From Actinomycetota bacterium (lineage in GTDB: Bacteria > Actinomycetota > Actinomycetes > Actinomycetales > Microbacteriaceae): a stretch of DNA of 56,175 nt. Below the pieces are notes generated by a model. It had not been told where the DNA came from. It was given only the letters and a program-made list of their open reading frames with translations, and made no database searches. The DNA lies in NCBI GenBank assembly GCA_009704535.1, contig WLEA01000001.1, forward strand, positions 1-56,175, given 5' to 3'. Made by a program: the position numbers and the translations under genes. This document shows positions 50,533 to 56,175 of this stretch, one piece after another (the first letter of the stretch is position 1; every line of letters starts with the position of its first letter).

Positions 50533-50922
50533 TTAGTTCAGGGCCACCAACAGCGTACAAGTTGCACTCGCCAGCAAGACGGGCACCCAGGTTTTTCTTT
50601 CTTTCTTGCTGCGCGAGATTGAGTTGACGATCAGCCCTGCGATGCTGAATCCAAACCATATCCAATTGACAACGTTGCTCCCGCTGGGATCAAGAAGTGG
50701 CGGGAGCACCCCTGCCTGAGCAAGATAGTGCCCTGCCTGTGCAAGCATGATGACTGCGGACACCGTCGCGCCTATTCGAAGTAAGCGGGGGAGGCGACCC
50801 TTGTTTTGCCCGCCCATCGTGTATTCGCCCCAAGGTGCCCCAGCAGCCAATGCCAACTGAAACACAACAACCGCCAGCGAGATTACTACTTGAACCAAGG
50901 CGGCTGTGGTGACAACGTTCAT
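50533..50922 (-). CDS. 4-TM membrane protein of unknown function
   Basis: FQLALAAGAPWGEYTMGG..G.LP..LR and N.ISRSKKER..W.P; ATG 6 nt after TAGACT. Confidence 0.8.
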   Translation of the reverse strand: MNVVTTAALVQVVISLAVVVFQLALAAGAPWGEYTMGGQNKGRLPRLLRIGATVSAVIMLAQAGHYLAQAGVLPPLLDPSGSNVVNWIWFGFSIAGLIVNSISRSKKERKTWVPVLLASATCTLLVALN

Positions 50923-50955
50923 GACCACAGTCTACAAATTGGGGGTCTCATATTG

Positions 50956-50980
50956 CCCCCAACCTTCTGATCCGTAGTCA
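50956..50980 (-). repeat. tRNA-Arg(ACG) fragment, copy 2 (25 bp)
   Basis: CCCCCAACCTTCTGATCCGTAGTCA, identical to 51808-51832. Confidence 0.9.
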
Positions 50981-51000
50981 ATCCAGTCAAGTATTTCTTT

Positions 51001-51029
51001 TTCTGCCCTCCGTAGTAGTCAGATGGTCT
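51001..51029 (-). repeat. Degenerate tRNA-Arg(ACG) fragment, copy 3
   Basis: TTCTG-ccc-TCCGTAG-tag-TCAGATG, with a 3-bp duplication in the anticodon loop region. Confidence 0.5.
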
Positions 51030-51243
51030 GACAACCGTGAGTTTAGGTATCAGCTTGTTTACTAGGCAATCTCTCAATGGTCTGTCGGTTCTCCAAGGCC
51101 GCTAAGAGCCTCACCAACCGTTACAAACGGTATGGTCAACAAGTCAGGCTGATCTTTAGAGCCTGCCTGCTGGCCGTGTGGTCAAAAGGTGGGGGCTTTA
51201 CCAATGATTATTAGAAATGCGGAATTTGAAAGGTTTGAAGCAC

Positions 51244-51705
51244 ATGCTCATTTATAGCTCCATTGTCGAGAGGTTAGTTCGTAAAACATTTCTTGCCGTG
51301 CAAAATCATGATTACGAATATGTGTTAGGTGGTCTGTCCTCTAGGAACCTCACCCATCGTTTTGCGGGTCCTAATTCACTTGGCGGTATTCGACATGACA
51401 AAGAGGCAATGCGTCGGTGGTTTATGAGGGTGGGAACAGTTTTTCCGGAGCTTGAATTTAACGTAACAAGTGTCCTAGTCCACGGTGGGCCATGGAACAC
51501 AACCGTATTTGCGCGCTGGGTAGCGACATGCACTCTTGAAAACGGAGAGTCCTACGTAAATCCAGGCATTCACGTAATCAAATTGCGGTGGGGTAAAGCT
51601 TATGACTTTGATGTTTATGAAGATACTTTTGCTGTTACGGGCGGACTTGAAAAACAAGCAAAGTCAGGTATTGCCGAAGCAAGTGCTCCCCAAATTGTGA
51701 GTTAA
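51244..51705 (+). CDS. SnoaL-like/NTF2 fold protein, low GC
   Basis: HRFAG..SLGGxR, F.V..V.V.GGPWNT, YxN.G.H, YEDT; visibly AT-rich; alternative start at 51217. Confidence 0.8.
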   Translation: MLIYSSIVERLVRKTFLAVQNHDYEYVLGGLSSRNLTHRFAGPNSLGGIRHDKEAMRRWFMRVGTVFPELEFNVTSVLVHGGPWNTTVFARWVATCTLENGESYVNPGIHVIKLRWGKAYDFDVYEDTFAVTGGLEKQAKSGIAEASAPQIVS

Positions 51706-51787
51706 TCTAAACGCCCTCTTTGACTTTCACTCGCCGGGGCGTGAAATACTTTTTTTGCCTGTGCACTCGTTTTCCGCAGTAATCAAG

Positions 51788-51835
51788 TGCGCTTGGAGGG
51801 ACTCGAACCCCCAACCTTCTGATCCGTAGTCAGAT
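51788..51835 (-). pseudogene. 3' two-thirds of a tRNA-Arg(ACG) gene (att-like remnant)
   Basis: Minus strand ATCTGA-CTACGGA-TCAGAAGGTTGGGGGTTCGAGTCCCTCCAAGCGCA: anticodon arm, T arm and 3' acceptor strand; no D arm or 5' acceptor strand. Confidence 0.9.
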
Positions 51836-51974
51836 CCCTCCACCTGACCTGCTCCGTCCTTGCCCAAAAAAAAAGACCAGAGCACGAGCCCTTCCAGACA
51901 TCGCGGGGAGCGTTAGGCTCCTTGCAGAGTTCGTGTGACTTCTAGAAACAACCAAGCGACCGCTGGAGAACATT

Positions 51975-53078
51975 GTGATGACGAGAATGCTGATGGCCCT
52001 GGGGCTCTCCTTCATTCTCTTGGCTGGGTCAGCGTGTTCGGCTGACCCCGACCTGGACGAACTTGGTGTGGATGACGGTGCTACCAGCGAGACCGCCGGG
52101 GAGGCAGGCGACGAGGGGAGCAGCGAGATCGACCCCGCGGTGCCGATTTCCGTCGAAGTGTTTGTTGCCTCTGATTTAGACCCAGAGATTTCCCACATTG
52201 TGGAGAAGATGCTCCTCCTCGGGGTTGCCGAGTGGGGGTATTCCCTGCCCGTTGAATACTGGATCTATGGCGTGGATGAAGACGCTGGCGTCGAACTGAC
52301 TGAAGAGTACTGCGCGCGACGTGATTCCCGTGGCGACCAGAACTACGAGGACTGTTTTGCGTCGGAAAACGCGTCGGATGCGGTCAAGGGTTATGGGAGG
52401 TATTACCTCGAACTCGGCCAGCTAGCGCAGAGCGGTGACCAGTGGGTCGGAGAAGCGGCGTGGACTGGCAACCCAGAATGGGGCACCCACGTTTTCATGT
52501 CATCGGACCCGCTCGGCCTGAGCGGATACCCCGGCAATGCCGGGGATTCGGACCTCCTCACCGTGCTCCACGAATACTGGCACGGGGTGCAGTCGGGTCA
52601 GATTGAAACCCTGGATTACGACAAACGCGCAGCGGCGGACGGGCCAGTATGGTTCGTCGAGGGAGGGGCAGAATTCATGTCGCTCACGCTGTTCCACAAA
52701 TTGCAGAATGACGGAGCCCTACCCGCGGTGTATAACGATTATGTGGTCACCATGGACTCAGTGATGGAAGAGTACCTCGCAAGCATTGACCAGTCGCTCG
52801 CTGGGGAGTGTTCCGGACAGACTTTGCTGTCTCTCGATTCTTACGGTGACGATTGCGAAGCCTTGGCATACTCCATGGGAGCCTGGGCCATCGCGTATTT
52901 AGTGGGCGGCACCAGCCCAGATGTCCTGCTCGAGAACGTATATCCAGAGGCCGAGAAACTCGGGTGGGAGGCCGCCTTTGAGGAAGCCTTTGGAATGACG
53001 CCGGAAGCCTTCGACGTTGAATTCATGGCGTTCCTGGAGTTGCCCAATGACCAGAAAATGGCAATCCTCGATCTCTAG
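51975..53078 (+). CDS. Acidic lipoprotein with gluzincin-like metallopeptidase motif
   Basis: Signal peptide ending GSAC; VLHEYWHGVQ plus downstream WFVEGGAEF; F..AFG at the C-terminus. Confidence 0.75.
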   Translation: MMTRMLMALGLSFILLAGSACSADPDLDELGVDDGATSETAGEAGDEGSSEIDPAVPISVEVFVASDLDPEISHIVEKMLLLGVAEWGYSLPVEYWIYGVDEDAGVELTEEYCARRDSRGDQNYEDCFASENASDAVKGYGRYYLELGQLAQSGDQWVGEAAWTGNPEWGTHVFMSSDPLGLSGYPGNAGDSDLLTVLHEYWHGVQSGQIETLDYDKRAAADGPVWFVEGGAEFMSLTLFHKLQNDGALPAVYNDYVVTMDSVMEEYLASIDQSLAGECSGQTLLSLDSYGDDCEALAYSMGAWAIAYLVGGTSPDVLLENVYPEAEKLGWEAAFEEAFGMTPEAFDVEFMAFLELPNDQKMAILDL

Positions 53079-53217
53079 TCTCTAATCAACGCCGAGCGCC
53101 TGATGTCCTGCCAGCATGAACCCTAGACAATGGTTCCCTGTCGTGCTGAGCACGTAATTCGCGCAATGTCGCGACCCCGACACAACTGGGCGATGTGTGT
53201 TCTTCCCGGCACAGTCC

Positions 53218-53508
53218 TCAGGGGCGAGGCTCTCTCGTCCTGCGAATAAGCGACACGACCAAGAGGATCAATCCAACGAGGGCAATTATGGCGCCCAGCG
53301 GCAAGGTTACGATCATCAGCCATATGAAGGCGCCAAAACCATCTCCCTCGTTAAAAGCACTCTGGAAATCACCCGACAGCCCACCCAGGAGGAGAGCAAG
53401 GAGAAGTGGGCCAAAAGCAAAAAGTGCTCCTCCCAGCGTTAGCCACACTGAGATTTTGAGCATGGAGCTCTTTCGTTTCTCAACCACGTCGTCTCCTTCC
53501 GGACCCAC
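53218..53508 (-). CDS. Small 2-TM hypothetical membrane protein
   Basis: Two hydrophobic segments with a basic C-tail; start uncertain. Confidence 0.65.
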   Translation of the reverse strand: MGPEGDDVVEKRKSSMLKISVWLTLGGALFAFGPLLLALLLGGLSGDFQSAFNEGDGFGAFIWLMIVTLPLGAIIALVGLILLVVSLIRRTREPRP

Positions 53509-53560
53509 TCGCGCACCCCTGAGGGTTCAAGAGTTTCCTATGTCGTGAGAGATTACAACG

Positions 53561-53634
<74 letters not shown>

Positions 53635-53671
53635 TGGCAGACGGCAATTTCTCGCCGGCAACTTGACGAGT

Positions 53672-54166
53672 CTATCGCGCTAGGAGCAAGCGCTGGCGCA
53701 ATTCCGGCCATGCCGCAGCGAACGCAGGATGCAGGTCTCGAAGCGACACCTCGTTGATGGGAATCCATTCGAGGGCAGCGCTCTCAGCATCCGTTTCGTC
53801 AGGTTCGAAGTAGTCATCACTGACCCCAATGACTGTCGTGTAGGACCAGAAGCCAAGGTCCAAGATCGTGGTCTCGAGTACGCGAACCTGGTGGCCAGGC
53901 ACCATGGCTTCTTCGTGGGCTTCTCGCAAGGCAGCTGACACAGCGTCCTCCCCCATCTTCAGAGCCCCACCTGGTATTCCCCAGGTTCCGCCGTGGTGAG
54001 ACCAGTCAGCTCGCAGTTGCAAGAGAACCCCCAGCGGCGGATGCAGAACGAGAAGCCCAGCTGCGCCAAAGCGCCCCCAGTAGCGCTTCCCATCCGGGCC
54101 TTCAACCCAGGCATCACCCGGGTCTCTCAGGTGCTCTGGCGGAAGCGGAGGGAGCTGGGCGGACAC
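53672..54166 (-). CDS. NUDIX hydrolase
   Basis: WGRFGAAGLL, WSHHGGTWGIPGG...ALREAHEE, LHPxF. Confidence 0.9.
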   Translation of the reverse strand: MSAQLPPLPPEHLRDPGDAWVEGPDGKRYWGRFGAAGLLVLHPPLGVLLQLRADWSHHGGTWGIPGGALKMGEDAVSAALREAHEEAMVPGHQVRVLETTILDLGFWSYTTVIGVSDDYFEPDETDAESAALEWIPINEVSLRDLHPAFAAAWPELRQRLLLAR

Positions 54167-54168
54167 AG

Positions 54169-55695
54169 TTACTTCTTCTTCCCGCGTCGCTCTCGAACTC
54201 GAACATTGATCTGAATGGGTGAACCCTCAAACCCATAGATTTCCCGCAATCGCCGTGCAATGAAGCGTCGGTATTGGGGGTCCAGAAAGCCACTGGTGAA
54301 CAATACGAACGTCGGTGGCCTGGTCGTGGCCTGAGTGCCAAACAAGATTCTTGGCTGACGCCCTCCCCGCACAGGGTGCGGGTGGGCAGCAACCAGTTCG
54401 GCAAGGAAAGCATTGAACTTGCCGGTTGCGACCCGGGTGTCCCATGAGTTCAGCGCAACCTCCAGGGCTGGCACGAGCTTCTCAATGTGGCGACCCGTGG
54501 TGGCAGAAATATTGACCCGCGGAGCCCACGCCACGTGGGCTAGGTCTTGCTCAATCTCGCGCTCGAGATAGCGCCTGCGGTCATCATCGAGCAGATCCCA
54601 TTTATTGAAAGCGAGAACGAGAGCACGTCCAGACTCCAACACCAAGTCGATGATGCGAACATCCTGTTCGCTAATGGGCTCGGACACATCTAGGAGCACA
54701 ACAGCCACTTCGGCCTTTTCCAAAGCAGCTGTGGTGCGCAGGCTTGCGTAGAAATCCGCGCCCTGCTGCATGTGAACCCGTCTGCGGATACCGGCGGTGT
54801 CAACAAAACGCCAGGTGGTTCCAGCAATCTCGACCAGCTCGTCTACGGGGTCGCGGGTTGTGCCAGCAAGCTCGTTGACGACTACCCGCTCAGATCCAGC
54901 AGCCTTGTTGAGCAAACTCGACTTACCCACGTTGGGCCGACCAAGCAGTGCCACGCGGCGCGGGCCACCCATTTCGGGCTTTGCGGTTGCCGACTCCTTA
55001 GGCAACAGGGCAACCACGTGGTCGAGGAGGTCAGCCACCCCACGGCCGTGGAGGGCTGATACTGGCCACGGTTCGCCAAGGCCTAAGTTCCACAGCGCGG
55101 CCGCATCGGCTTCGTGGCGGACATCGTCGACCTTGTTGCCCACGAGAATGACTGGCTTGTCGCTCTGGCGCAGCAGCTTGACGACCTGCTCGTCAGTTGA
55201 GGTCGCGCCCACGATGGCATCGACCACGAAGAGAATGACGTCTGCCAGGTCGATGGCGACCTCTGCCTGGAGCGCCACCGACTTGGCAATCCCTTTAGCG
55301 TCTGGCTCCCACCCGCCGGTGTCAACGAGAGTGAAGTGCGTGGTGTTCCACAGTGCTTTGTAAGACACACGATCTCTGGTCACGCCGGGAATGTCCTGCA
55401 CCACAGCCTCGCGCCGGCCAAGAATTCGGTTGACCAGAGCTGACTTACCCACATTGGGTCGACCCACGACGGCCAGCACAGGCAGTGCACCCATGGCGGG
55501 GAGCTCCCCGTCGCTGTCTTCCCAGCCTGAGAGAAGAGCTTGGTCTTCGTCGTCTAGTTCATACTCATCAAGACCTTGGCGCAGCGCACCAGCGCGCTGG
55601 TCGCTTTCGCCCTCATCGAGCTCGGCCAGCCGTTTGGCCAGCTCTAAGTCTGGCTCAATGGCCGAATCGTCAAACTCATCGTCTGGGGTACTCAT
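54169..55695 (-). CDS. der: Ribosome biogenesis GTPase Der
   Basis: Two GRPNVGKS G-domains, DTGG/DTAG, NKxD, KH-like tail. Confidence 0.96.
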   Translation of the reverse strand: MSTPDDEFDDSAIEPDLELAKRLAELDEGESDQRAGALRQGLDEYELDDEDQALLSGWEDSDGELPAMGALPVLAVVGRPNVGKSALVNRILGRREAVVQDIPGVTRDRVSYKALWNTTHFTLVDTGGWEPDAKGIAKSVALQAEVAIDLADVILFVVDAIVGATSTDEQVVKLLRQSDKPVILVGNKVDDVRHEADAAALWNLGLGEPWPVSALHGRGVADLLDHVVALLPKESATAKPEMGGPRRVALLGRPNVGKSSLLNKAAGSERVVVNELAGTTRDPVDELVEIAGTTWRFVDTAGIRRRVHMQQGADFYASLRTTAALEKAEVAVVLLDVSEPISEQDVRIIDLVLESGRALVLAFNKWDLLDDDRRRYLEREIEQDLAHVAWAPRVNISATTGRHIEKLVPALEVALNSWDTRVATGKFNAFLAELVAAHPHPVRGGRQPRILFGTQATTRPPTFVLFTSGFLDPQYRRFIARRLREIYGFEGSPIQINVRVRERRGKKK

Positions 55696-56175
55696 GCGGT
55701 CTCCTTGGTAATCGCAATGATGCGAAGGAGTTCTCGCACTGTCTCGTCAAAAGTGAGGGGCGTCGAATCCAGGAGAGTCACACCAGGTGCCGCGTTCATG
55801 AAATCCACAACAGATTGGTCGCTACGATCCCTCGAGCTCAAGGCCTGCGCGACGCTCGGGGCGGACGCGGTGCCAGCAACTTCAGCCAGACGTCGTGCAA
55901 TGCGGGTGTCCTCGTCGGCGGTCAGCAGAACTCGAACCGGGGCGTCTGGTGCCACAACTGTCGTGATGTCTCGCCCTTCCATCACAATCCCGGGTCGCTC
56001 ACAGGCCGCAATCACATTTCTGAAATGATCAACGAGTCCTTGGCGCACGAGCGGGTGCTTGGCGATTGCCGACACGCTGCTGGACACCTCGTGGCCCCTA
56101 ATCGCCTCCGTCACATCCACGCCGTCCACGCTGAAGTGCTGATTGTCCGGGTCTTCAGAAGCCACATAGGAAACG
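55692..56175 (-). CDS. cmk: Cytidylate kinase, 5'-truncated by the window edge
   Basis: [21 protein letters not shown], RDxxD; overlaps the der start. Confidence 0.92.
   Translation of the reverse strand, partial: VSYVASEDPDNQHFSVDGVDVTEAIRGHEVSSSVSAIAKHPLVRQGLVDHFRNVIAACERPGIVMEGRDITTVVAPDAPVRVLLTADEDTRIARRLAEVAGTASAPSVAQALSSRDRSDQSVVDFMNAAPGVTLLDSTPLTFDETVRELLRIIAITKETA

Larger units (their letters stand above)
48040..53560. mobile_element. Accessory genomic islet downstream of tRNA-Pro, no integrase
   Basis: Mixed-orientation non-core genes, toxin-antitoxin remnant, pseudogenes, a low-GC segment and tRNA fragments. Confidence 0.65.

Noticed and set aside
50476-51835. Repeats as a CRISPR array
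   Set aside because: Repeats are unequal in length, hundreds of bases apart, match a tRNA, and no cas genes are present.
51788-51865. Intact tRNA-Arg gene
   Set aside because: The sequence 5' of the anticodon arm forms neither a D arm nor the GCGCTTG acceptor strand.
51866-51874. A9 homopolymer as a phase-variation switch
   Set aside because: About 100 bp upstream of the next gene with no identifiable promoter spacing role.
53509-53530. GCGCACCCCTGAGGGTTCAA as another tRNA 3' remnant
   Set aside because: Only a vague T-arm resemblance; too short and mismatched to support.
55490-55695. Acidic N-terminal extension of Der, or a cmk-der fusion
   Set aside because: The extension is usual in actinobacterial Der; the genes are separate with an ATGA overlap.

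Overview
About 56 kb of a compact, GC-rich actinobacterial chromosome. Gene order and protein motifs point to Microbacteriaceae, probably a streamlined aquatic lineage (inference). Most of the window is core genes: pyrD-nrdR-hisD, dnaE, the division and cell wall (dcw) cluster from mraZ to divIVA, the kinase/DAHP synthase/pyc region, the garA-ftsR cluster, an ABC-F ATPase, trhO, tRNA-Pro, der and cmk. Two things stand out. (1) In the dcw cluster the genes in the murD and murF positions are open, translationally coupled ORFs that have lost all catalytic motifs and whole domains, while MurE and MurC carry substitutions in amino-acid-site motifs. This suggests a rewired peptidoglycan stem-peptide pathway with retained pseudo-ligases. 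(2) An accessory islet downstream of tRNA-Pro(GGG) contains single-gene cassettes separated by direct-repeat fragments of a tRNA-Arg(ACG) gene, with no integrase or intact tRNA-Arg in the window. All calls come from reading motifs and synteny by eye; no searches were run.
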